From Parcubacteria group bacterium (GTDB lineage: Bacteria > Patescibacteriota > Minisyncoccia > Moranbacterales > GCA-2747515): a DNA stretch of 64,000 bases. The notes under the pieces were generated by a model. It saw only the letters and a list, made by a program, of their open reading frames with translations. It was not told the DNA's origin and did not search any database. Position 1 is the stretch's first letter. Each line of letters opens with the position of its first letter. The DNA lies in NCBI GenBank assembly GCA_041660065.1, contig JBAZXC010000002.1:102866-166865 (forward strand), written 5' to 3'. Made by a program: the position numbers and the translations under genes. This document shows, in pieces, positions 45,827 to 55,816 of this stretch.

Positions 45827-47458
45827 ATGTCAATTTGTGTTATAATGAAGAATATTATTCACCCCAAAACCATCATGACATATGCTAGCCACAAAAAAAT
45901 ACACTACATCCTTCTTACCTTGATCATTTTGCTCGGATTTTTTGTTCGTATCTACCACATTGATTCCGTGCCAAGTGGCATCTATCCGGATGAAGCAAAT
46001 AACGGCACAAATGCCTTTGATGCCCAGCGGACAAATATTTACCCGTGGTTTTACCCCGACAATAACGGACGCGAGGGATTGTTTATTAATCTCATTGCAA
46101 TTCTTTTTAAATTGTTTGGCGTAAATATTATTACATTCAAACTGCCGGCAATCATCATGGGAACATTGACGGTGATCGGCGTGTATTTTCTCTCGCGTGA
46201 ATTATTTATCTCTCGACCGCGTCTTGCGCTCATTGCCGCCTATTTGACTGCTATAAGCTATTGGGCGGTGAATTTTTCTCGCATTTGCTTCCGCGCCAAC
46301 ATGATGGTGCCGATTCTCGTTTTTCTTTTTTATTTCCTTTTTAAAGCCCTGCGCACGCGCAAGCCCCTCCATTTTGCCATCGCCGGCGCTTTGTGCGGAC
46401 TGGGATTTCACACCTACATTGCCTATCGCATCACTCCGGCGCTTGTTCTTGTCCTTTTTGTATTATTTGCGATCCAACAAGGTTTTTCCCATTTTATCAA
46501 AAGATATTGGAAAGGGCTGTTGCTATTTTTTGTCAGTGCATTCCTCGTATTTGCCCCAATGGGTTATACCTATTACACACATCCGGAATACCTCACATCC
46601 CGCACTGGCGATATATCGGTTTTTGCAGTGAAAGATGCCCCCCTTACACAAACACTTACATACACGATCACTCTTTCTCTTTTAAAATACAACGTAGCGG
46701 GTGACAACAATTGGCGCCATAATTTTCCACCGTACCCGTTATTGGAACCATGCGTTGGATTAATGTTTCTCGGCGGACTCATAACGTCGATTGGGCTCTT
46801 TTTCCTTTACCTCTTTCGCCGCTATCGTTTCAATGTGCGCAATCGTACTTTTGTTGTGCATGGATTTCTCCTTGCGTGGTTTGTCGGATTTCTCGCACCA
46901 GAGTTTCTCACCACGGAAGGATTGCCTCATGCACTGCGATCCATTGGCACAATTCCTGTGGTATTTATCTTTGCAGCATTTTTTATCACCATTCTTCTCG
47001 AACGCTCACAAAAACATTCGCACCTCTTATTCGTAGCCGCATCAGTCATGACAGTTACACTCCTTATTTACTCTGGTTTTTTTGACATGATCAAATATCA
47101 TGTGTTTTGGGCAACAAACGTCAACCAAGCGTACGCATTCAACAAAAATCTCACTGATATGGGAAGATTTGCTCATGATTTGCCCCAAAGTGAGGTGCAA
47201 ATCTACATTGTCGCCGGACACATGGATCTCTTGCCGGTCAAAATGCTCACCACAGACCGCACAGACACGCGTTACGTCTACGAAAACGACCTTGCGCAAA
47301 TCGACACTACGCAGCCATTCATTCTCCTTTTGCCATATGAAAATATCTCTGTTATCGATTATGTTGCAAAACGTAGTGATGTAGTGATAGAAAAAATTCA
47401 AAAACCTCTCAATAGTTCATTTGTAATGGTCACGTCAATTAATAATCAAAAACTATGA
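45827..47458 (+). CDS. GT-C fold membrane glycosyltransferase (ArnT/PMT-like, GT39/GT83 family)
   Basis: About 12 TM helices. N-terminal loop motif SVPSGIYPDEANNGTNA is typical of ArnT/PMT_2. The start is more likely the ATG at 45874 (MTYASHKK), because a TATAAT box overlaps the track start. Confidence 0.7.
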   Translation: MSICVIMKNIIHPKTIMTYASHKKIHYILLTLIILLGFFVRIYHIDSVPSGIYPDEANNGTNAFDAQRTNIYPWFYPDNNGREGLFINLIAILFKLFGVNIITFKLPAIIMGTLTVIGVYFLSRELFISRPRLALIAAYLTAISYWAVNFSRICFRANMMVPILVFLFYFLFKALRTRKPLHFAIAGALCGLGFHTYIAYRITPALVLVLFVLFAIQQGFSHFIKRYWKGLLLFFVSAFLVFAPMGYTYYTHPEYLTSRTGDISVFAVKDAPLTQTLTYTITLSLLKYNVAGDNNWRHNFPPYPLLEPCVGLMFLGGLITSIGLFFLYLFRRYRFNVRNRTFVVHGFLLAWFVGFLAPEFLTTEGLPHALRSIGTIPVVFIFAAFFITILLERSQKHSHLLFVAASVMTVTLLIYSGFFDMIKYHVFWATNVNQAYAFNKNLTDMGRFAHDLPQSEVQIYIVAGHMDLLPVKMLTTDRTDTRYVYENDLAQIDTTQPFILLLPYENISVIDYVAKRSDVVIEKIQKPLNSSFVMVTSINNQKL

Positions 47459-49257
47459 TCAGAAAAAACTACATCTTCATTATCATTGGAATTATGCTCT
47501 TTATGGGCATCACTTCTTTTCTTCTTGCTTGGAATGATTCGTTGACATTTGACGAGGTTGCGCATATTCCCGCAGGATACAGCTATGTTGTGTTACATGA
47601 TTATCGCCTCAATCCCGAGCATCCACCCCTCGCCAAGATACTCACTGGTCTCATGCTCCTCCCTCTGCATCCACACTTTGATACTACGCAGGACTTCTGG
47701 ACAGAAACTCACGGCACCGGCGAATACGGACAATGGGATGCCGGACGCTATTTATTGCACCATGCAAACAACGACACCGACAAAATTGTTTTTTTTGCAC
47801 GCATGCCCTTTATCGTCCTTGCCCTTGCTTTTGGATTGTTCCTCTTCTATTGGGGCAAGAGAACTGGTGGCATCATCACTGGTCTTTTTGCTCTCATTTT
47901 ATACGCATTTGACCCAAACATCCTCGGACACGATCATCTTGTGACGACAGATCTTGCCATTGCCATTGCCATGAGCATCGCATTTTTTTATTTTTTGCAA
48001 TTTCTCAAAAACCCCACCTGGAAAAATGCTCTGTACGGAGGTATCGCCCTTGGCATTGCACAAATTACAAAATTCAGTGCGATCCTCCTCATCCCATTCT
48101 TTGGACTACTTCTCGTGATTTATCCCTTGCTCATAATCCTCCCCAAAGAACAAAAGCGTCACAAGATATTTGGCTCCTATCTACTCAAAGGGATATTTGC
48201 CATGTTCATAATGCTTGCAGTAATGTATGCAACATATTTACCCGTCACGTATAAGATGCCATCTGATGTCCTCCCCACGATTGCCGCTGTCAAAGGCCAG
48301 CCGAACAAATACCCGCGCGATAAATATCTCATCGCCTTCATTAATAAAACCAATCAAAGCACTCTTACCAGACCAATTGCGACGTACACCCAAGGGATTA
48401 TGCAAGTATTTAATCGCGTCGATGATGGAAATGTTTCGTATTTTATGGGCACCGTATCAAGCAATGCATCTGTGTGGTATTTTCCTTTTGTTTTTATTGC
48501 AAAGCAAACCCTCGCACACTTATTCTTTTACATTGTCGCTCTCATTCTTGGACTGCTCCTCATCGTCCATTCAGTACAACGTGTTTTTACGCAAAAATTC
48601 GCACACTCACTCCACGCCTGCCGTCGTTTTTGTATACGCAGATTTCATGAGATTGCTCTTGGAGCATTTGTTGTTTTTTACGGTTATATTTCCATAACCG
48701 GCAATCTCACCATTGGCTTTCGCCATCTCTTTCCCATAATGCCCCTTCTTTACATCCTCACAGCACGCACACTGATCAATTCATACACCAAACTTCATAA
48801 TCATTTCTGGCAAAAGATCGTACGTGGAATATTTGTCGGCATTATTCTCGTTCTTGCGACACTTACCATTAGCGCTTATCCCTATTATATTTCCTATTTC
48901 AATGAACTTTTTGGCGGACCAAAAAACGGATTCCATTATGTTACGGATTCCAATGCCGATTGGGGACAAGATCTTAAGCGTCTTAAAAAATATCTCGACG
49001 CGCATCCGGAAATCGACAAGATTCGCATTGATTATTTTGGCGGTGACAATGTCACTAATCGCATTGGCGATAAATATATCATGTGGTGGGATAGCAAACG
49101 ACCGATCGAACCGGGCTACTACGCGATTTCCACGCTCCTCTTACAAGAGTCTCTCTATCGTACTGATCGCTCCTATGATGACACCTACCGCTGGACAGAA
49201 AAGCTCACACCATTTGATCACGTTGGCACATCCATTATTCTATACAAAGTTGAATAA
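47455..49257 (+). CDS. GT-C fold membrane glycosyltransferase (PMT family, dolichyl-phosphate-mannose mannosyltransferase-like)
   Basis: FDEVAHIPAGYSY and EHPPLAKIL motifs (PMT DE..H / HPPL signature). Multiple TM helices. Overlaps the upstream gene by 4 nt (ATGA). Confidence 0.7.
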   Translation: MIRKNYIFIIIGIMLFMGITSFLLAWNDSLTFDEVAHIPAGYSYVVLHDYRLNPEHPPLAKILTGLMLLPLHPHFDTTQDFWTETHGTGEYGQWDAGRYLLHHANNDTDKIVFFARMPFIVLALAFGLFLFYWGKRTGGIITGLFALILYAFDPNILGHDHLVTTDLAIAIAMSIAFFYFLQFLKNPTWKNALYGGIALGIAQITKFSAILLIPFFGLLLVIYPLLIILPKEQKRHKIFGSYLLKGIFAMFIMLAVMYATYLPVTYKMPSDVLPTIAAVKGQPNKYPRDKYLIAFINKTNQSTLTRPIATYTQGIMQVFNRVDDGNVSYFMGTVSSNASVWYFPFVFIAKQTLAHLFFYIVALILGLLLIVHSVQRVFTQKFAHSLHACRRFCIRRFHEIALGAFVVFYGYISITGNLTIGFRHLFPIMPLLYILTARTLINSYTKLHNHFWQKIVRGIFVGIILVLATLTISAYPYYISYFNELFGGPKNGFHYVTDSNADWGQDLKRLKKYLDAHPEIDKIRIDYFGGDNVTNRIGDKYIMWWDSKRPIEPGYYAISTLLLQESLYRTDRSYDDTYRWTEKLTPFDHVGTSIILYKVE

Positions 49258-49299
49258 AATCATTCACGAATTTGTTTGATATTTTTTCCAAAAAACTTT

Positions 49300-50241
49300 T
49301 TAATCATGTGCATCATTGATCTTCTCTTCCTTTATTTCCAAGGCTTCTTTTTGCTCCTTCTCTTTTTCACCAGTATCCTCTTGAATTTCCACACCATCTT
49401 TAAATTTATAAAAAATTTTTCCCGCAAAGCGTAAATCAACATATTCCAAATCATTGCGTGCAACCGGCAAAGCAACTTTGTGTGCAAAAAGTTTCGCCGT
49501 ATCCAGCGTATCCTTTGTCGCACTTTCCAACGATGCGAGAATTTGCCATGACTCATCAGTGACAAACCGTATCTCTCGCGACCCTCGTACATCAATAAAA
49601 TATGGCTGAACAATGCCAACATTAAGCGTGTAAATCAACTCTTTTCCCAAATATGCAATAGTATCAAGATCTTTTTGTAAAATCACACACTGCCCAATAT
49701 CAACATGATCTCGCGCCTTGTCCACGACAACAAAATGATCATTTTGTTGAATAAGCGCAGAATTCATATCCACAGATCGCACAACACAACCGTCTGCAAG
49801 TTCATAACATGCCCCCTCCTCACTGCCAATGCACCACACCGAAAATAATGCATATTCTTCCACCGAAATGACAATCGTGTCCGGAAAAACCTTTTTTATA
49901 ACAACGCTTTTAATTCGTTGATCCTCGGAAATTTTTTTTATAATGTCAGATGTATTTAGAAAAAAGTAATTGTTTCTTTTGATACGTCCGAAAATTTCCC
50001 CTGCAATTGTATCCTGTGTGCCATTGATAATATTCTGCGCATCTGTGCGATGTGATCCCTCCACAGCAATATGTGAAATCTCAGTAACAGGAGAATAAAA
50101 AAGCACATACCCAACACTGCATACAAAAATGATAACCATTAAAACAAAAAACCATTTTTTTGGATTTTTTTCTTTTTTTGCTGTTTCCTTTTTTTCACGA
50201 CTGCTTCTGACCACCTTGCTATTTTGTTTTCGCACGATCAT
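49300..50241 (-). CDS. ftsQ: Cell division protein FtsQ/DivIB-like (POTRA domain)
   Basis: Basic N-terminus, single TM (WFFVLMVIIFVCSVGYVLF), then a POTRA-like beta-rich region. Confidence 0.6.
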   Translation of the reverse strand: MIVRKQNSKVVRSSREKKETAKKEKNPKKWFFVLMVIIFVCSVGYVLFYSPVTEISHIAVEGSHRTDAQNIINGTQDTIAGEIFGRIKRNNYFFLNTSDIIKKISEDQRIKSVVIKKVFPDTIVISVEEYALFSVWCIGSEEGACYELADGCVVRSVDMNSALIQQNDHFVVVDKARDHVDIGQCVILQKDLDTIAYLGKELIYTLNVGIVQPYFIDVRGSREIRFVTDESWQILASLESATKDTLDTAKLFAHKVALPVARNDLEYVDLRFAGKIFYKFKDGVEIQEDTGEKEKEQKEALEIKEEKINDAHD

Positions 50242-50244
50242 AGA

Positions 50245-51144
50245 TTATGTAATATGAATCAAAAGATCCTCAATCGCCAATTGTTTATTGACATTTGTAT
50301 CCTGTAGCAAAACAAGGACTGATTCAACTCGCTGTGCAATCTTCAATAAGTGAAATTTTTTTGTTTGCAGTGCTGCCAAACGCACACGATAAATCCACGC
50401 ATAAAAAAAACAGGAGAGATACTTTTCATCTTTCTTTGACAACTCCGTAGCCAACTGCATTCTTTCCACCAATGACATCCGACTCAGCGTGCGCAATTGA
50501 TCTCGCGCAAAAGAAATGATTTCTACAAACTCTGGATCATCTTGCAACCGATATGCATATCCGGGACGCCCTTGTGCATCATCAACACATTGTTGATCAA
50601 ACCCCTGTGCATGGAAATCAGGATCATTCACAAGAGAAAAATGCACGACAAAACATCGTGAAACAATTGTTTCGAGCAACTGATCAGGACGATGCGCGAC
50701 AAGAATGATAAAACGATTTTTTTGCGGTTCTTCCAATGTTTTTAATAACGCATTTTGCGCAGAGATCGTCATACGCTCCGCATCATCAATGATCAACACT
50801 TTGGCTTTTTGATCTGGGGCAAGTGCAAAAGAACGTCTCGCAGAAAATAACTGGTCAAGTGAAATGTCTTTATATACCATTTTTCCTTTTTTTTCTTCAA
50901 CAATTGGCGCAATCGTGACAAGATCGCTATGTGCTACATCACAAATCATCCAGCCTTCATTAGTTTCGCCACCGATGAGCTTCTGCGCGAAACTGCGTGC
51001 AATCGTCATTTTCCCCACATGTTCAGGACCGCAAAACAAAAAACTATGATGCATTTTTTTCTTATGTAAAAAAGCATTAAGTAACTGTAATTGTGGATGA
51101 TGTCCGATAATTGATTTTTTATTCACATTGTACATATTGATCAA
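50245..51144 (-). CDS. holB: DNA polymerase III delta-prime subunit
   Basis: AAA+ clamp-loader fold: HHSFLFCGPEHVGKMTIARSFAQKL, FIILVAHRPDQLLETIVSRC (SRC motif). Confidence 0.75.
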   Translation of the reverse strand: MINMYNVNKKSIIGHHPQLQLLNAFLHKKKMHHSFLFCGPEHVGKMTIARSFAQKLIGGETNEGWMICDVAHSDLVTIAPIVEEKKGKMVYKDISLDQLFSARRSFALAPDQKAKVLIIDDAERMTISAQNALLKTLEEPQKNRFIILVAHRPDQLLETIVSRCFVVHFSLVNDPDFHAQGFDQQCVDDAQGRPGYAYRLQDDPEFVEIISFARDQLRTLSRMSLVERMQLATELSKKDEKYLSCFFYAWIYRVRLAALQTKKFHLLKIAQRVESVLVLLQDTNVNKQLAIEDLLIHIT

Positions 51145-52282
51145 TTATTTTTTGAAAATTTTTACGGAAATTGTGGCAGGAAAATTCATTTGCTTTTGCG
51201 ATCATTGTCGCACGATCATATCGTCCCTCCCGCTCTAAAAATCGCCGTACGCCATCTGCCATCATTTCAACTGTTGGCGCATCAAAAAGCTCGCCTGTTT
51301 TTCCATTTTCCACGATCTCACATGCACCGCCTCTGCCGAGAGCAATCACGGGAATACCGGCGGACAGTGCCTCCACACACACAATCCCAAAATCATCTTC
51401 TGCGGGAAAAAGCATCGCCCGTGCGCCGGCAATATATGACCATTTTTTTTCATCATCTACCCAACCGACAATTGTCACAGTCGGACCGGCAAGATTTTCC
51501 AGGTATTTTCGATCACTACCGTCCCCGATCACCATAAGTGGCAATTGCAGTTTATTACATGTTTCGATCGCCAATGCAACATTCTTACAACGCGAAAGTC
51601 GCGAAACGATAAGAAAATATTTTTCTTCCTGCTTGTGCTCTTTTATTTCTTCTCCACTTAGAGCAGATTTAACACCCGGATAAACCACATCTGCACTGCG
51701 TCGATAATATTTTGCAATTCTCTTTTGCGTATAAACTGAATTCGCTACAAGTACATCCGGCCGCTGTGCCGCTTGATGATCCCATACACGTAAATATGAC
51801 AAAAATAATCTCGCAAAAAAACCGTTCTTTTTATCAAGCATTTTACGCAAATAATATTCATTTTCATCCCACACATATCGCATCGGCGAATGGATGTACG
51901 CAATATGTTTTGTATTGAGCCGCGTCACGATACCTTTACTCCATGCACCGGAACTGGATATGATCACATCATAATCACGCAAATCAAATGTTTCCACAGC
52001 CGTTCCATAAAACGGCAACAACCACCGATGGTGCGCCCGAATCCAGCGTGGCCATTCCTGTAGGAAACTCGTGCGCACTCTTTCCGGTGGAAAGATCTCT
52101 GCCATACACGCACTGTCGTACAAAAGCGTATAAATCGGTGCGCTGGGAAACATCGCCGCAATATCACACAGTACCTTTTCCGCCCCTCCCCGATATAAGA
52201 GAAAATCATGCACAATCGCAACTCTTAGCTCAGACCGTTGTTGACTTAGTGTTTCTTTTGTAGTACAATTCCCCATTGTCAT
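51119..52282 (-). CDS. Glycosyltransferase family 4 (GT-B)
   Basis: The EDFGIVCVEALSAGIPVIA motif (E-x7-E) is typical of GT4. Confidence 0.75.
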   Translation of the reverse strand: MTMGNCTTKETLSQQRSELRVAIVHDFLLYRGGAEKVLCDIAAMFPSAPIYTLLYDSACMAEIFPPERVRTSFLQEWPRWIRAHHRWLLPFYGTAVETFDLRDYDVIISSSGAWSKGIVTRLNTKHIAYIHSPMRYVWDENEYYLRKMLDKKNGFFARLFLSYLRVWDHQAAQRPDVLVANSVYTQKRIAKYYRRSADVVYPGVKSALSGEEIKEHKQEEKYFLIVSRLSRCKNVALAIETCNKLQLPLMVIGDGSDRKYLENLAGPTVTIVGWVDDEKKWSYIAGARAMLFPAEDDFGIVCVEALSAGIPVIALGRGGACEIVENGKTGELFDAPTVEMMADGVRRFLEREGRYDRATMIAKANEFSCHNFRKNFQKIIDQYVQCE

Positions 52283-52335
52283 AGTATATTTTTATAATAC
52301 GTTCATTTTACCACCTTTACAAACGGAGGCAACCA

Positions 52336-52713
52336 ATGCGCAACGAACGCGGACGTTACTTTACCAAAACCGGTCGCAGACTTCTTGTGATAATGTTGGC
52401 AGTGCTTATCGGTATTTTTTTGTGGCAATCAAAAAAAGAAACTCCCTCTAGGCAAGTGCACGCACTTCTCACACTGAAAGATTGCGCCCCTCCTCATGAG
52501 GGAATCACGTTTCACGAAAACATGGTCACCGTCAATAAGACGATCATATTTTGCAATTGTATCGCGGAATGGGAAAAAATTCCTGTACATACCATGATCA
52601 TTCTCGCAAATGGCACAACCATCTTACCGATCGAGGAAAGCTCCACAGCAGCGGTTTTTCCGACATCATTGCACCATATTGCAAAAGAAAACTGGCATAT
52701 TATCGCCAAATAA
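52336..52713 (+). CDS. Hypothetical membrane-anchored protein (125 aa)
   Basis: GGAGG SD present. N-terminal TM helix. A terminator follows. Confidence 0.45.
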   Translation: MRNERGRYFTKTGRRLLVIMLAVLIGIFLWQSKKETPSRQVHALLTLKDCAPPHEGITFHENMVTVNKTIIFCNCIAEWEKIPVHTMIILANGTTILPIEESSTAAVFPTSLHHIAKENWHIIAK

Positions 52714-52736
52714 ATCGTGTTCACACAAAGCCACTT

Positions 52737-52787
52737 CATACAGATTAACACATCTGCAAAGTGGCTTTTATTTTTGGTGCCCACCTA
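52737..52787 (+). terminator. Bidirectional terminator (10-bp stem aaagccactt/aagtggcttt plus T-run)
   Basis: Lies between convergent genes. The large loop contains a secondary hairpin. Confidence 0.5.
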
Positions 52788-53945
52788 TTTTCGCAAAAGC
52801 ATCTTTGCCACCAAGCGCGCGCAACGTTCCCATGTGAAACGTTTGATATTTTCATATCCATGCGCAATCGCAGATTCGCGCACATCGTGATTCGCGAGAA
52901 GTGCATATGTTTTTTCTGCGATATCCGTAGCGCTGAGAGGATCAACCAAAAGCGCACTATCTCCCGCAACCTCTCGCAAAGAAGAATTATTTGATGTAAC
53001 CACCGGCACACCAACTTGTTGCGCTTCCAATACCGGCAAACCAAAGCCCTCATAAAGAGATGGAAAAACAAAAACCGCCGCATTGCGCAATAATGCCCAT
53101 TTTTCATCCACACTGATGAAACCCGTCAGAACAATATCATCTTTAAAAGGATGGCTCATGATCTCCTCTTGGATTCTTTCAAAACCAAAACCACCCTTAC
53201 CCACCAAAACCAATTTATGCGAAAGAAGGAAGTGCCTGCGCAAAATTTCATACGCTTTCAGGATTTGTATAATATTCTTTCGCTCTTCCAATCGTCCAAT
53301 AAATATAATGAATCCCTTCTCTTGCAAATGATATTTATGCAAAACTGTCGCTGTAAGCTCTTGTTGTTCCGGTGGCGCAACATTCATCCCTTCATAGGCT
53401 ACGCGCACCTTTTCTTTTTTAACCTGATAGATACGCACGAGGTCGCGCTTGGTATTGTTTGACACGCAAACAATGTTACGCGCCCACTTGCAAGAATTTT
53501 TGATCCCACGACGCATAGACACTTGCTCATAACGTGAATATGCTTCAGGATTGATTTCAAACTCCAACCCATGGACAACGACGGTAGTTTTCTTTGGATG
53601 GATCGGTGGTGCAATGTGTCCCGGCACAAGGAGATGTGTCGGCCGATGGATGAGAAGTGCCAACGATAATCGCACATACGTCCAAAAACGTGGCGACCAC
53701 AATTCTTTGACGCGCCATGTTTTTGGTAGAGAAAAATCAATATTTTCTCTCGTGCCACGACGAAGATAGAGTGTCACATGCTCTTGTCCCAATGGCACAC
53801 GTAAATATTTGATCAGTTGATAGGAATATTCTTCTATACCGGTCCTTTCATGAAGAAATGCCCGCGATGCATCAATAGCAATTTTATTCATAATATGGGC
53901 GATCAATAGTTCGTCACTTGATAATAAATGGGTCGCATTTATCAA
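52785..53945 (-). CDS. Glycosyltransferase family 4 (GT-B)
   Basis: C-terminal FGLPVLEAQQVGVPVVTSNNSSLREVAGDSALLVDP matches the GT4 signature. Confidence 0.75.
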   Translation of the reverse strand: MINATHLLSSDELLIAHIMNKIAIDASRAFLHERTGIEEYSYQLIKYLRVPLGQEHVTLYLRRGTRENIDFSLPKTWRVKELWSPRFWTYVRLSLALLIHRPTHLLVPGHIAPPIHPKKTTVVVHGLEFEINPEAYSRYEQVSMRRGIKNSCKWARNIVCVSNNTKRDLVRIYQVKKEKVRVAYEGMNVAPPEQQELTATVLHKYHLQEKGFIIFIGRLEERKNIIQILKAYEILRRHFLLSHKLVLVGKGGFGFERIQEEIMSHPFKDDIVLTGFISVDEKWALLRNAAVFVFPSLYEGFGLPVLEAQQVGVPVVTSNNSSLREVAGDSALLVDPLSATDIAEKTYALLANHDVRESAIAHGYENIKRFTWERCARLVAKMLLRK

Positions 53946-53986
53946 TCCACTTGTCTATTGATCCAAATATCTACATGTCTAATAAA

Positions 53987-55006
53987 TTATCTCCTCGTTG
54001 TTGCAAGGATCGTTTTCTTATAAATATCGAGATTGTCCAATACCTTGCCTGTACCACGCACGACACAACGAAGAGGATCGTCCGCCACATAGCACGGCAC
54101 GCCGATCGTCTTGGTGATCAATTGATCCAAGTTTTTGAGAAGTGCGCCTCCACCGGACAATACTGTCCCCTTATCCATAATATCTGCTGACAATTCCGGT
54201 GGCGTATCTTGCAAAACTTTCTTTACCGCATTGATCACCTCACGCAACTCATCTTGCAATGCTTCCGTTACTTCGTTGGATGTGATCGTGATCGTCTTTG
54301 GCAATCCGCCCATCAGATCTCGTCCGCGAATATCCATGCGTTCTTCTTTGACTTGTTGCATCGCACTACCGATCTGAATTTTGATCTCCTCTGCCATCTG
54401 TTCACCAATCGCCAATGAGTATTTGCGCTTGATATAATCCGAGATTGCCTGATCGAATTTGTTACCACCCACGCGCGCACTATGCGACGCCACCACGCCA
54501 CCCAATGAGATCACAGCGATCTCACTCGTACCACCACCGACGTTGATGATCATATTTCCCTGTGCCGTATGGATCTTGATCCCCGCACCGATCATGGCAA
54601 GGATTGGCTCCTTCACCACATATGCCCTTTTGGCACCTGCCTTTTCCGCCGCATCCACTACCGCGCGCCGTTCTGTTGATGTAATGCCTGCCGGGATCGA
54701 GATCATCACTTCTGGTCGCACAAGAAAAAATCGTCCTGTCACCTTTTTGATGAAGTATTTGAGCATTGCCTCGGTCACCCGATAATCCGCGATCACACCA
54801 TCCCGCAACGGCTTGTACGCCGTGATTGTGTCCGGCGTGCGTCCCAGCATCTCTTTCGCCTCATTGCCCACAGCCAACACTCTATTATCGATCATCGACA
54901 CAGCAACAACCGACGGTTCATCCACTACCACACCGCGCTTCGGCACAAAAACAAGCGTATTCGCCGTTCCGAGATCAATCCCAATTTTTCGCACGATCAT
55001 ACTCAT
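53987..55006 (-). CDS. mreB: Rod shape-determining protein MreB
   Basis: IGIDLGTANTLVFVPKRGVVVDEPSVVAV is an actin-fold MreB signature. 339 aa. Confidence 0.95.
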   Translation of the reverse strand: MSMIVRKIGIDLGTANTLVFVPKRGVVVDEPSVVAVSMIDNRVLAVGNEAKEMLGRTPDTITAYKPLRDGVIADYRVTEAMLKYFIKKVTGRFFLVRPEVMISIPAGITSTERRAVVDAAEKAGAKRAYVVKEPILAMIGAGIKIHTAQGNMIINVGGGTSEIAVISLGGVVASHSARVGGNKFDQAISDYIKRKYSLAIGEQMAEEIKIQIGSAMQQVKEERMDIRGRDLMGGLPKTITITSNEVTEALQDELREVINAVKKVLQDTPPELSADIMDKGTVLSGGGALLKNLDQLITKTIGVPCYVADDPLRCVVRGTGKVLDNLDIYKKTILATTRR

Positions 55007-55015
55007 AAATGCCTA

Positions 55016-55804
55016 TTATTTACCTGTAACTCTGTATATTCCATTATCCAACATTTTCTTCTTTCTGTCCATGATCGTGCGATGTTTTGCCCAAAAAGCT
55101 TTGTCTACTTCTTCCGCGCACACACCCAGACTGATAAAATTTCCCATCACCAAATTGAGCAGGTCGATGTTTTCTTCGATCACTTCTTCACGCGATTTCC
55201 CCTTTGTGATCGCTTGCGCCAATTCCCCCAACTCCTCGATCATGAGATTGAGACGAAACATCATGTCTTCATTATTTGTACCTTTCATCGCAAATTTATC
55301 ATGAAATTTTTGGATCGCGTCATAATACATGTGCATCCCACATGCATTCTTTTGGCGTAAATCGATGTAACGACCACTGCGATAATCCTCGATCGGCTCT
55401 CGTGTCGTTTGTGTGATCTTTTTCGGCAGTGCATCCAACGCAAACCATTTGATCTTATCGCACTTATCTGGCTCCATGTTTTTTGGCACGCCGGATATGA
55501 TGCATGCAATATAATTAAATGCAACCCAATGTTGTTTTTCTTTATGTATAATATGATCCGTATGCGGTAAATATCCCCACACATCGATCTCGATATTTAA
55601 TTCCTCCTTGATCTCACGCGTTATTGCATCGATTGCGTTCTCACCATGCTTTACACCGCCACCCGGTTTGGACCACCAACCGGATTCATTGCGCACATCT
55701 TTACCCCGTCGCATAAGAAGCGCCTCACCTTTTTCATTGAGGATCAGCACACCGCCACCCACGCCAATATAATCCACTGCTTTTTTACACGAACATTTTT
55801 TCAT
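55016..55804 (-). CDS. NUDIX hydrolase fused to a MazG-like nucleotide pyrophosphohydrolase domain
   Basis: Nudix box GGGVKHGENAIDAITREIKEELNIEI. The C-terminal EELGELAQAI...EENIDLL matches the MazG EExxE motifs. Confidence 0.7.
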   Translation of the reverse strand: MKKCSCKKAVDYIGVGGGVLILNEKGEALLMRRGKDVRNESGWWSKPGGGVKHGENAIDAITREIKEELNIEIDVWGYLPHTDHIIHKEKQHWVAFNYIACIISGVPKNMEPDKCDKIKWFALDALPKKITQTTREPIEDYRSGRYIDLRQKNACGMHMYYDAIQKFHDKFAMKGTNNEDMMFRLNLMIEELGELAQAITKGKSREEVIEENIDLLNLVMGNFISLGVCAEEVDKAFWAKHRTIMDRKKKMLDNGIYRVTGK

Positions 55805-55816
55805 AAAATTCTTTCA

